Below, piece after piece: positions 1 to 11,701 of a stretch of DNA of 64,000 bases (the stretch's first letter is position 1; every line of letters begins with the position of its first letter). The stretch spans positions 496,001-560,000 of the forward strand of contig NIVC01000024.1 in the NCBI GenBank assembly GCA_002269645.1, read 5' to 3'. Origin of the DNA: Macrostomum lignano. Taxonomy: Eukaryota. A program made the position numbers and the translations under genes. Below the pieces are notes generated by a model. That model was not told the DNA's origin. It did not search any database and saw only the letters and a list, made by a program, of their open reading frames with translations.

Positions 1-2098
1 ATGGACACTAATTTTAGCGCCACCATGGACACTGATTTTAGCGCCACAATGGACACTAATTTTAGCGCCACCATGGACACTAATTTTAGCACCACAATGG
101 ACACTAATTTTAGCGCCACCATGGACACTGATTTTAGCGCCACAATGGACACTAATTTTAGCGCCACCATGGACACTAAATTTAGCGCCACCATGGACAC
201 TGATTTTAGCGCCACAATGGGCACTAATTTTAGCGCCACCATGAAATCTAATTTTAGCACCACAATGGACACTAATTTTAGCGCCATGATGGACACTAAT
301 TTTAGCGCCACCATGAAGTCTAATTTTAGCGCCACCATGGACACTGATTTTAGCGCCACAATGGACACTAATTTTAGCACCACAATGGACACTAATTTTA
401 GCGCCACCATGGACACTAATTTTAGCGCCACCATGGACACTAATTTTAGCGCAATCATGGACACTGATTTTAGCGCCATCATGGACACTGATTTTAGCGC
501 CAACATGGACACTAATTTTAGCGCCATCATGGACACTGATTTTAGCGCCACCATGGACACTGATTTTAGCGCCACCATGGACACTGATTTTAGCGCCACC
601 ATGGACACCAAATTTAGCGCCACCATGGACACTAATTTTAGCGCCACCATGGACACTAATTTTAGCGCCATCATGGACACTAATTTTAGCGCCATGATGG
701 ACACTAATTTTAGCGCCACCATGGACACTAATTTTAGCGCCATTATGGACACCAAATTTAGCGCCACCATGGACACTAATTTTAGCGCCATGATGGACAC
801 TAATTTTAGCGCCATGATGGACACTGATTTTAGCGCCACCATGGACACTAATTTTAGCACCACCATGGACACTAATTTTAGCACCGTCATGGACACTGAT
901 TTTAGCGCCACAATGGACACTAATTTTAGCACCGTCATGGACACTAATTTTAGTGCCACCATGGACACTAATTTTAGCACCACAATGGACACTAATTTTA
1001 GCGCCACCATGGACACTGATTTTAGCGCCACAATGGGCACTAATTTTAGCGCCACCATGAAATCTAATTTTAGCACCACAATGGACACTAATTTTAGCGC
1101 CATGATGGACACTAATTTTAGCGCCATGATGGACACTAATTTTAGCGCCATGATGGACACTAATTTTAGCGCTATGATGGACACTAATTTTAGCGCCATG
1201 ATGGACACTAAATTTAGCGCCACCATGAAGTCTAATTTTAGCGCCACCATGGACACTGATTTTAGCGCCACCATGGACACTAATTTTAGCGCCACCATGA
1301 AATCTAATTTTAGCACCACAATGGACACTAATTTTAGCGCCATGATGGACACTAATTTTAGCGCCATGATGGACACTAATTTTAGCGCCACCATGAAGTC
1401 TAATTTTAGCGCCACCATGGACACTGATTTTAGCGCCACGATGGACACTAATTTTAGCGCCACAATGGACACTAATTTTAGCGCCACCATGGACACTAAT
1501 TTTAGCGCCATCATGGACACTGATTTTAGCGCCATCATGGACACTGATTTTAGCGCCAACATGGACACTAATTTTTGCGCCATCATGGACACTGATTTTA
1601 GCGCCACCATGGACACTGATTTTAGCGCCACCATGGACACTGATTTTAGCGCCACCATGGACACCAAATTTAGCGCCACCATGGACACTAATTTTAGCGC
1701 CACCATGGACACTAATTTTAGCGCCATCATGGACACTGATTTTAGCGCCATCATGGACACCAAATTTAGCGCCACCATGGACACTAATTTTAGCGCCATG
1801 ATGGACACTAATTTTAGCGCCATGATGGACACTAATTTTAGCGCCACCATGGACACTGATTTTAGCGCCACAATGGACACTAATTTTAGCACCGTCATGG
1901 ACACTAATTTTAGCACCGTCATGGACACTAATTTTAGCGCCATGATGGACACTGATTTTAGCGCCACCATGGACACTGATTTTAGCACCGTCATGGACAC
2001 TAATTTTAGCGCCATTATGGACACCAAATTTAGCGCCATGATGGACACTAATTTTAGCGCCATTATGGACACTGATTTTAGCGCCATTATGGGCACCA
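1..2098 (+). repeat. 24-bp tandem repeat (ATGGACACTAATTTTAGCGCCACC), ~87 units, truncated by window start; open frame (MDTNFSAT)n to 2127
   Basis: Unit read directly; only substitution variants seen, no length variants; coding status unresolved. Confidence 0.95.
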
Positions 2099-2359
2099 AC
2101 GATAGATCTCAGATGGTGTATTCGTAAATAGACAACTATTGTTGGAAAATTATACTGTATAAAATACATACAAACAATGCTTCAAGTAAACAGTTAGCTA
2201 AAGTCTTTTTCGTATAAAATTATATTTATTACAAAATCAGAACTATAAATCGACTGATATATTGCTACTGATAGTAGTGCATGGAAAAATCACTGCGACA
2301 ATAATTAGGAAAGACAAAATCGCATAGTTCAAAATCGCCCCATAGGCATCATGATTATG

Positions 2360-2812
2360 CCGTATAAAAGTGGGTGGGACGGCACAGTGTCATTTTTTTG
2401 TGACACCGCCTGTCACACTTGTGACCGTCAAGTTAATAATGTGACCCTGCAATCTGACCGTCGCAAACAACTTAGTATGAGTGACCATTTATTTGAGTCA
2501 CATTTGAGGGTCACAATAACGGTCTCATGAGTGACCATTTATTTGAGGGTCACATTGACGGTCTCATGAGTGACCATTTATTTGAGGGTCACATTAACGG
2601 TCTCTTGAGTGACCATTTATTTGAGGGTCACATTAACGGTCTCTTGAGTGACCATTTATTTGAGGGTCACATTAACGGTCTCTTGAGTGACCATTTATTT
2701 GAGGGTCACATTGACGGCACACAAGTGACCATTTATTTGACGGTCACATCCAAGGGTCACATGCGATACAGTTGTTTGATGGTCAAAATGTGACCAACCC
2801 ACTTTTATACGG
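2360..2812. mobile_element. Putative MITE with 16-bp terminal inverted repeats and an internal 39-bp tandem array
   Basis: CCGTATAAAAGTGGGT at 2360-2375 and its reverse complement at 2797-2812; about six internal units GAGTGACCATTTATTTGAGGGTCACATTAACGGTCTCTT; no clean TSD. Confidence 0.6.
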
Positions 2813-2883
2813 GTAGTTATTATGGCACGCAGAATTTAAGGACACGGGAACCAACATTTGAAAATAAACTTCTTGACCCGAAC

Positions 2884-5800
2884 TCAACGCTTCATAGCCT
2901 GAGTCCAGTCGTGAAGAGTATCAATCAGCTGAGGCATGAAAGCTGACAGACTGTCTTGGATCACTTTCACAATATGCTGAGTGGCCTCTTCGTCAGTGAG
3001 ATGCAGACAGAATCGGTCAGTCAGCTTCTTCAGCGTCTTGTCCGGCTCCATAGCGATTTCTGGCACGCTGGAGTCGAGCATAAGCGAGAACAGATTAACA
3101 ATGACGCTGGCGTGCCGGCGCAGACTTTTATAAGCGGTGTCGCAGTGCTTGAGGAAGGCAATAAACTCCTGACTATCCTGACCGCCCATCGCTGCCACCA
3201 TGCCGTCTGTCAGCTTCATTGGCGGCGGCATCACTTTGGGATCGCGGCCAAGAATGAAGCCGAAATCAATGTGGAACAGGCGGCCATCTCTGGTCAGCAT
3301 CAGGTTGTCCAGGTGCCTGTCGCCCACACCCAGCAGGTAGGTCACAATGCAGTAGCCAGCACAGGAGCGAACATAGTTCTCTAGGACTTCCGATTTGACA
3401 CCGTAGGGACTGGCTGGGCTGCTGCCGCACTGGCGCAGGTAGTTCAGCACAGAGGTTTGCACCGAGCTCAGCGGCACCTGCGGGGGGAGGCAGGTAGGGA
3501 TGGAGGTGTTACAGTTGACAACTTTATTGAAGACTGTTTCAGGAAATTAAAGTTGCGGGGCTGAGACAAAACACAGGGCGAGAAAACAGATGATCGGGTG
3601 AGTGATCGAGAGATTAGAAGAGAAGAGGGAGATTAGACGTGAAAGGGAGATCACAGGTGAGAGGGAGATTAGACGTGAAAGGGAGATCACAGGTGAGACA
3701 GGGAGATCACAGGTGAGAGAGGGAGATCACAGGTGAGAGAGGGAGATCACAGGTGAGAGAGGGAGATCACAGGTGAGAGGGAGATCACAGGTGAGAGGGA
3801 GATCACAGGTGAGAGAGGGAGATCACAGGTGAGAGAGGGAGATCACAGGTGAGACAGGGAGATCACAGGTGAGAGAGGGAGATCACAGGTGAGAGAGGGA
3901 GATCACAGGTGAGAGAGGGAGATTACAGGTGAGAGAGGGAGATCACAGGTGAGAGAGGGAGATCACAGGTGAGAGGGAGATCACAGGTGAGGGGGAGGTT
4001 AGACGTGAAAGGGAGATCACAGGTGAGAAGATCACAGGTGAGAGAGGGAGATCACAGGTGAGAGGGAGATCACAGGTGAGAGGGAGATCACAGGTGAGAG
4101 AGGGAGATCACAGGTGAGAGAGGGAGATCACAGGTGAGAGAGGGAGATCACAGGTGAGAGAGGGAGATCACAGGTGAGAGAGGGAGATCACAGGTAGAGA
4201 GGGAGATCACAGGTGAGAGGGCCATACCGAATCGATGCACTGCACAAAGCCCTGCTCGCGGCCGGTGGCCAGCACCCGATAAGGCGTGAGTCTGAGATCG
4301 ACATTCTCCTGCCTGAGCAGCCGGTCCATCAGCTCAATCATCTGCATCACTAACTGATCTTGCCGAAGATCGTCGCCATATTTAAATATCGTAGTGTAAG
4401 CTTTAGCGCTTCTAGGAGGCGATTTCTGCTGTTGCTGCTGCTGAGGCGCCGGTTCCAATAGGAATTTAATCCTAGCCGGCATTCGAGAACTTTTAAACAG
4501 ACCAGCGGAGCGGCTGTCCAAGCCTACGGCTCTGTAGGATGGATCCAGCATGAATTGGAATGGGAAAAATGTCTGCTTGGCCAGCTTAGCCTGGTGCTGC
4601 TGCTGCTGCTCAGCTACGGTTTTTCCACCGCTGGCGTTGGCGACGGCCGATGTCGGGGAAGCCGACGCTGAGTCCCGGCGGGCGTGAGCAGCGGCGCTAG
4701 GGAATTCCTCATCTAGTCGGACTCGAAGCAGTTCCTCTTTTTTTAACCGATCGCCCCGTTCGGAGTTCACCGCGGTTAGAATTGTTGCTAGGCGAGCGAC
4801 AAAACGGTCTTGACGTTTCAGATCGAGCGCGAGGCTGCGCTGGTCCAGGTTGCCGTTTTTCAACCGCTGAAGCAGCCGGTTGCGCACCTGCCAGGTGGGA
4901 TTGGGTTTTAGAGATTGGAATGCGATTCTGTGGGATTGGAGAGCCGATTCTGAGGGATTAGAGAAGTGATTCTGAAAGATTAGAGAGGCGATTCCGGGGG
5001 ATTAGAGAGGCGATTCTGAAAGATTAGAGAGGCGATTCCGAGGGATTAGAGAGGCGATTCCGGGGGATTAAAGAGCCGATTCTGAAGGATTAGAGAGGCG
5101 ATTCTGAGGGATTAGAGAGGCGATTCTGAAAGATTAGAGAGGCAATTCTGAGGGATTAGAGAGGCGATTCCGGGGGATTAGAGAGGCGATTCTGAGAGAT
5201 GAGAGAGCCGATTCTGAGAGATGAGAGAGCCGATGCTGAGAGATGAGAGAGCTGATTCTGAGAGATGAGAGCTCCGATTCTGAGATATGAGAGAGACGAT
5301 TATGGGGGATTAGAGAGGCGATTCTGAGGGATTAGAGAGGCGATTCTGAAAGATTAGAGAGGCGATTCCGGGGGATTAGAGAGGCGATTCTGAAAGATTA
5401 GAGAGGCGATTCCGAGGGATTAGAGAGGCGATTCCGGGGGATTAGAGAGCCGATTCTGAAGGATTAGAGAGGCGATTCTGAGGGATTAGAGAGGCGATTC
5501 TGAAAGATTAGAGAGGCAATTCTGAGGGATTAGAGAGGCGATTCCGGGGGATTAGAGAGGCGATTCTGAGAGATGAGAGAGCCGATTCTGAGAGATGAGA
5601 GAGCCGATTCCGAGAGATGAGAGAGCCGATGCTGAGAGATGAGAGAGCCGATTCTGAGAGATGAGAGAGCCGATTCCGAGAGATGAGAGAGCCGATGCTG
5701 AGAGATGAGAGAGCTGATTCTGAGAGATGAGAGCTCCGATTCTGAGATATGAGAGAGACGATTATGGGGGATTAGAGAGGCGATTCTGAGGGATTAGAGA

Positions 5801-8800
5801 GGCGATTCTGAAAGATTAGAGAGCCGATTCTGAAAGATTAGAGAGGCGATTCCGGGGGATTAGAGAGGCGATTCTGAAAGATTAGAGAGCCGATTCCGAT
5901 GGATTAGAGAGGCGATTCCGGGGGATTAAAGAGCCAATTCTGAAGGATTAGAGAGGCGATTCTGAGGGATTAGAGAGGCGATTCTGAAAGATTAGAGAGG
6001 CAATTTTGAGGGATTAGAGAGGCGATTCCGGGGGATTAGAGAGGCGATTCTGAGAGATGAGAGAGCCGATTCTGAGAGATGAGAGAGCCGATTCCGAGAG
6101 ATGAGAGAGCCGATGCTGAGAGATGAGAGCTCCGATTCTGAGATATGAGAGAGACGATTATGGGGGATTAGAGAGGCGATTCTGAGGGATTAGAGAGGCG
6201 ATTCTGAAAGATTAGAGAGCCGATTCTGAGAGATTAGAGAGCCGATTCCGAGATTAGAGATCCGATTCTGAGAGATGAGAGAGCCGATTCTGATATTAGA
6301 GACATGAATCGGGGAAAATCAGTGGGTGATTCTCTATGCTGATGGGAGTAAGAGGGGCAAACTCTGATCTGAGGAGACAAAATAACAATTAAAAATGTGC
6401 ACCTGTCCGAAGAACTTCTCTCCCTCGCCAGCGTCCTCAGCCTCCACAGTGAGGTACCAATAGAACAGCTGGGCCAGCCGGCCGCCCTGCCGCTTGCAGC
6501 AGTGGTCGATCAGGAAATTAGTCAGCGGCTCGTCCGAGGCGGCCCCGGCGTGTCGGCGATAACTAATCGGACCTTCGTCCTCGGCTAGGGCTTCGGTGAG
6601 CAGGTGCTCAACTGCCGAAGATGAAGAATTGCTTGTTGCAGATTTTTGAGATGTAGTTGCGTCGAATGTCTGCTGCTGCTGAGAAGAGATCGATGATGAG
6701 TCGGCAGAAGATGATTGCTCCTGCTGCTGCTGCTGTTGCTGCTTTCGCGAAGATGCAGGACCTCCGATAGGCGGCTGGGAGGCCGGCTGCTGGTATTCAT
6801 ATCGCAGCGCCTGTACCAGCTGCGGCAGGTAGAGCAACTGCGACAGATGGGTTATGAAATTGGGAGTGGGGTGTAAGGCACATGGAAACCTGAGTACTTC
6901 AGTCACGACCTCTGATTTGATTCCGTGAATGGAGAGTGCGATGGAGAGGCGACTATTGAGTCACGAGCGCATCACGTGAGCTGTAGAATCGTAAAAGGAG
7001 TCCCCGAAATAGTCGCTTAACTTCCTACTGACTCTCAAGTCTCAAGTAGACTAAACAGAGTTGCTATAAAAATTCGAAAAGCGATTCGAACTCATAAAGT
7101 GATGCAGACGCGCTTTAGACGCAACTCAGTTGATTCTGCAACGACTCTGGCAGGTCTCAGATACAGACTCTACGGCCCCAGAGTCGCAGACTCTTACCAG
7201 TTCGTCCATAGGCGACTTGGCCAGCCTGCTGACAGCGTAGTGCCGAACAGCCGGGTGCGGGAAATCCGGCGACAGCAGCTCCAAGGCCTCGGCCGAGTCC
7301 AGAGCCTGCCAGTGCCGAATCAGGCCCAGAGCCTGCTGAACCTCGGCCGGCCTCGTGAAATCTATGCAGCGCAGAAATTTGCCCAACGCCCGCTTATAGC
7401 GGCTGAGATAGTAGCGGTACTTCCACACCAGATCGCGCTCCTCCATGCTGATCTCGCGGTGCGGCGGGTAAGCCATGATGGCGTGCAGGCAGTCGCGCTC
7501 GACAGCGTTCGGCTTTCGTTCGCGATCGAATGCGCCGCGCGAGACGCCGCGCTCGATGGCGTGATGCTTCTCCTCGGACAGATTGGCCGCATTGATGTCC
7601 GGATCGGGGCACACGACCAGGTCTGCGGGCCCGGTCTGGAGAAGGCGGGTGAAGGCCTTCTCAAGGAAACTGCTGGCAAGACATAATCATAATAATTGGT
7701 TACACCTGACCCAAATCGGCCGATGTGCAACCGACAGCTCAGCCGCAGCTATTGCGCGGCGCATCTGAAGGCTGCGTACGGCAGTTCAGTCCAAGGACTG
7801 GGGGGGGGGGGGGTCGCCACACAGACACTTAATTACCCCAGCTAATGCTGGCACCCATTTTACAGCTGAGTGAACTGAAGCAGGGCAGAGTTAAGTGTCT
7901 TGCTCAAGGACACAAACTGTTAAAGTGTCCTTGTTAAAGTAGGACGATTTCTTAGAAAACTGGTTACAACGGCACTTTTTTAAACTTAACTGTTTTAAAA
8001 GAAAACGGTAATAGGGAGTTCAACCCCCATCTGCAACTGGCCCCGTCCTCTGTGTGTTGTAAAATTGCACAAACAAGACCAGAGCAAGTTAGGGGGTTGA
8101 AAGAAAGTTGTTTAGTTCGCACATCGCATTTCAGACCAGCTTTAACATCCCCTCTCTTTCTTCCATCGTCTATCAGACTGGGTAAACGATAAAACTCAAT
8201 TAACACCGCAAATTGCGAGCCCGAGAGAAGGGTCATAAAACGCCTTAGCTTTTATTGTGAATGTACATTCTACACTGTACATTGGCCAAGGAGAGGCCTA
8301 AATGGTTGAACTGAAGAATTAAATTCAAACGGAGCGCCCATTGAAAGCATTAAAAAGCATCGTTTTTCGAATATTTGACCCACTTCCAATTCGGATTTTT
8401 TTCTTCAAAAAAAAGTTATGCATGACCGCCGAAAAACATTTTTTTGAAAAAAAAATCGGCCAGACGGTCCTTAAAAAACAATTACAGACAGACAAACAGC
8501 GCAAAATTAGTATATAGACTAGCTATCAGCGCCCCCCGTTGGGGACCCAACAAAGAATTGAGTACAATATTTTTAATAAACTACATGTAGCTTCTCAGCC
8601 TTGACAGCTCATCTAACCTCAGCCTTGACAGCTCAGCAATTCTCAATGTATAGATTAGCGGTTGTTAAACACACCTGAGGCAGCAGCCGATGCGCGTCTC
8701 GTTCAAAGTACACGACCGAGTGCTCCAACGAGTCCAGCAGAAACTTCTGAAATGTCACATTAAGAAACATCAGGCCGCCCCGGCGCCGCTTCTCAGCCAC

Positions 8801-9957
8801 TATCCGCACCTCCAAATCTTTCAAAGCCAGCTGGTCCTGCCAGTCAATTTTATTGATGCTGCCCTCCGAATAGCGTTTGCGAACTTTCAACAGGCGGGAC
8901 AGCTCCGGGTAGCTGGTCTTGCCCACTTTGCCCGGCGTCACGCCCGGCTCGGCCACCTGTCCGGGCCACACAACCAGCTCGTACATGCCGCGGCGCATCT
9001 GGCCGCGCTTGCTGAACACAGATACGCAGCTGCCGCCTATTGGTCGGCGCCTATGGGAGATTGCGGTAGCGACTGAGCTGCTGCTGTTGCTGGCTGTGCA
9101 CTACTGTTAGTAGTAATATTTAGCTAAACTGGACTGAATAGGGTGTCTTGGCAATCTGGATAGCTAACGGCTGATACAGAAGGATCTGGGAGGGTGGGAT
9201 CTAGGCCCAGGCCGAGGATCTGACCAACTGAGGATCTGACTAACTGAGAATCTGACCAACTATGGATCCGACCAAATGAGGATCTGAACAACTGAGAATC
9301 TGAACAACTGAGGATCTGACCAACTGAGGATCTGACCAACTATGGATCTGACCAAATGAGGATCTGACCAACTGAGGATCTGACCAACTGAGAATCTGAC
9401 CAACTGAGGATCTGACCAACTGAGAATCTGACCAACTATGGATCTGACCAAATGAGGATCTGACCAACTGAGGATCTGACCAACTGAGAATCTGACCAAC
9501 TGAGGATCTGACCAACTGAGAATCTGACCAACCCGACAGCTCACCTGCAAGTCCCGTAGACGTCCCAGATGGTGAGGCAGAGGCAGGCGTCCCTTGGCAG
9601 CGAGGCGATGGCGGCGGGCACTGCCAGCCATTCGTTCCAAGAGTAGGGGCCCCGTCTGTCGCCAGCCAGCTTGCCAACAACGGCTCGCTGAGTCTGCCGC
9701 GGCAAAGTCAGCCGGCGACCCTCCGAATGCAGCTCCAGGGTGACGTAGGGCGAGTCGCCGTGAAAGTTCAGCAGGGCGTCTTCCAGAGCGGACTCTGGAG
9801 TAGCAGCCAAGCCGTTCGGCTGGCAGCCTTCCAGACAGCCGATTTTCAGTTTGAGATTGCATTTGTCCAGTTCGTGAGAATAGAGCACATGGAGTACTGT
9901 GTCCTGGTGTTGCTGCTGCTGCTGCTGCTGGTACTGATAGTAATACTCCAGGTCCAT
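2884..9957 (-). CDS. PIK3C3: Class III phosphatidylinositol 3-kinase Vps34, 6 exons, ~984 aa
   Basis: Exons 9957-9545, ~9089-8675 (acceptor ambiguous among in-phase CAGs), 7635-7198, 6837-6403, 4887-4228, 3477-2884, all GT-AG and phase-consistent. C2 domain (CLTIWDVY, PIGGSCVSVFSKRG), helical domain (LYLPQLVQALRYE) and kinase motifs (FKYGDDLRQDQL, LGVGDRHLDN, HIDFGFILGRDPK). Confidence 0.96.
3640..4220. repeat. Intronic minisatellite, 17-19 bp (GAGAGGGAGATCACAGGTGA), Vps34 intron 5
   Basis: Direct reading; begins a few nt from the splice donor. Confidence 0.95.
4930..6300. repeat. Intronic minisatellite, ~20 bp (GATTAGAGAGGCGATTCTGA variants), Vps34 intron 4
   Basis: Direct reading; fills nearly the whole intron. 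Confidence 0.95.
7686..7914 (-). mobile_element. 5'-truncated SINE copy (same family as 61618-61926), Vps34 intron 2
   Basis: Shares GATGTGCAACCGACAGCTCAGCCGC, AATTACCCCAGCTAATGCTGGCACCCATTTTACAGCTGA and GAGTTAAGTGTCTTGCTCAAG with the 61.6-61.9 kb copy; lacks the tRNA head. Confidence 0.8.
9215..9530. repeat. Intronic minisatellite, 16 bp (GAGGATCTGACCAACT), Vps34 intron 1
   Basis: Direct reading; starts ~15 nt from the donor. Confidence 0.95.
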
Positions 9958-10726
9958 CCAAGCTCACAGAAAAAATTTAAGGGGTGGAGATTCTGGGTTA
10001 GAGATGCAAGTCAGCTCCATTAAGACTCAGTATCCTCTCTAAGCCCCATCACCCAAAAAATTCTCTTGGAGCTCCATATTTACCTAGCTTCATCTTCACC
10101 CAGCATCCTCTCTCTGAACTTCATCCTCACCCAGCATCCTTACTCTGAACCACATCATTACACAGCTCCATGACCGCCCAGCATCCTCTCTGAACTTCAT
10201 TATCCAGCCTAATCTCTAAACCCATCACCCAACATCCTCTCCTGGAGCTCCATCGTGACTCAGCACCATTTCTACGAGCTCTTCATCACTCAGGATCTTC
10301 ATGGATCTTCAGCTTCATGAGCCTCAGCATCCTATTTGAATTACATCATTACCCAGTATCCTAAATGTAAGGAAAAGTAAAAAAGTCGATAAAGAAATGT
10401 TCTCCAATTAATGAGAACAAAGATATCTGATTTATTACACAATAGAAATTCTACGCAAACAATGCAATAAGCTACTAAACTGAGAGTATACAGAGTACTA
10501 CGGGTGTTATTTATAAATAAAAGCCTAACTTATCTGCACTAATTCAATAATGTCTTTAATTCCTACTGGACGTTGACAGCTAAGCAAGCTAAAGACTTAA
10601 AATCCTAGATCTAGGCAACTGGGGAGCCACTAAAAAATTTACGAGCGGTTTGGTTTATATGCACATCCATACGACAATCGGTCAGTGGATCCTGTCATTC
10701 ACAGAAAACAACACACAACAAGATTA

Positions 10727-11011
10727 TCAACGATTAGCCTGTTGAACAACGGTCTGCAACACCTGTTCGCTGGTAGCGTTGCTCAAATCGAATGCCTGCT
10801 CACGGCCGCGCTCGTAGCGAGCGTGCAGAGCCGCCGGGGCGTTGCTGCACTCGCGAATCAGGATTGACAGGCCGGGGTTCGCGCTCTTCAACGCCACATA
10901 GTGATTGGCTATGAAATCTCTGACGCCTTGGCTAGCCGGGGAGCGCTGGCACAGGTGAATGCGCAACTCTTTCAGGTGACGGGCGAGCTTGACGGATGCA
11001 GCGGCTGACAT
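10727..11011 (-). CDS. NDUFA2: NADH:ubiquinone oxidoreductase subunit A2 (complex I B8), single exon, 94 aa
   Basis: LKELRIHLCQRSPASQGVRDFIANHYVALKSANPGLSILIREC matches the known NDUFA2 N-terminus; AATAAA on the minus strand at 10436-10431. Confidence 0.93.
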   Translation of the reverse strand: MSAAASVKLARHLKELRIHLCQRSPASQGVRDFIANHYVALKSANPGLSILIRECSNAPAALHARYERGREQAFDLSNATSEQVLQTVVQQANR

Positions 11012-11066
11012 AACTAGTTTTTATTAGCGATTGCTGAAAGATGAGCAGTGCAGGTTGGATTAACTG

Positions 11067-11701
11067 TGTGCTATTGGGTAGCTAGCTATGCTATTGAGTA
11101 GCCAGCTGAGCTATTGGGTAGCTACCTGTGCTATTGGGTAGCTAGCTGTGCTATTGAGTAGCTAGCTGTGCTATTGGGTAGCTAGCTGAGCTATTGGGTA
11201 GCTAGCTATGCTATTGAGTAGCCAGCTGAGCTATTGGGTAGCTAGCTGTGCTATTGGGTAGCTACCTGTGCTATTGGGTAGCTACCTGTGCTATTGGGTA
11301 GCTAGCTGAGCTATTGGGTAGCTAGCTATGCTATTGAGTAGCCAGCTGAGCTATTGGGTAGCTAGCTGTGCTATTGGGTAGCTACCTGAGCTATTGGGTA
11401 GCTACCTGTGCTATTGGGTAGCTAGCTGTGCTATTGGGTAGCTAGCTGTGCTATTGAGTAGCCAGCTGAGCTATTGGGTAGCTACCTGTGCTATTGGGTA
11501 GCTAGCTATGCTATTGAGTAGCCAGCTGAGCTATTGGGTAGCTACCTGTGCTATTGGGTAGCTAGCTGTGCTATTGGGTAGCTAGCTGTGCTATTGGGTA
11601 GCTAGCTGTGCTATTGGGTAGCTAGCTGTGCTATTGGGTAGCTAGCTGTGCTATTGGGTAGCTAGCTGTGCTACCCAATAGCTAGCTGTGCTACCCAATA
11701 T
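11067..11701. repeat. 20-bp minisatellite (GCTATTGGGTAGCTAGCTGT) upstream of NDUFA2; last two units partly inverted
   Basis: Direct reading; terminal GCTACCCAATA units are the reverse complement of TATTGGGTAGC. Confidence 0.92.

Noticed and set aside
2956-9076. Plus-strand ORFs antisense to Vps34 exons (2956, 7099, 8690)
   Set aside because: Shadow ORFs of GC-rich coding sequence with no recognisable motifs
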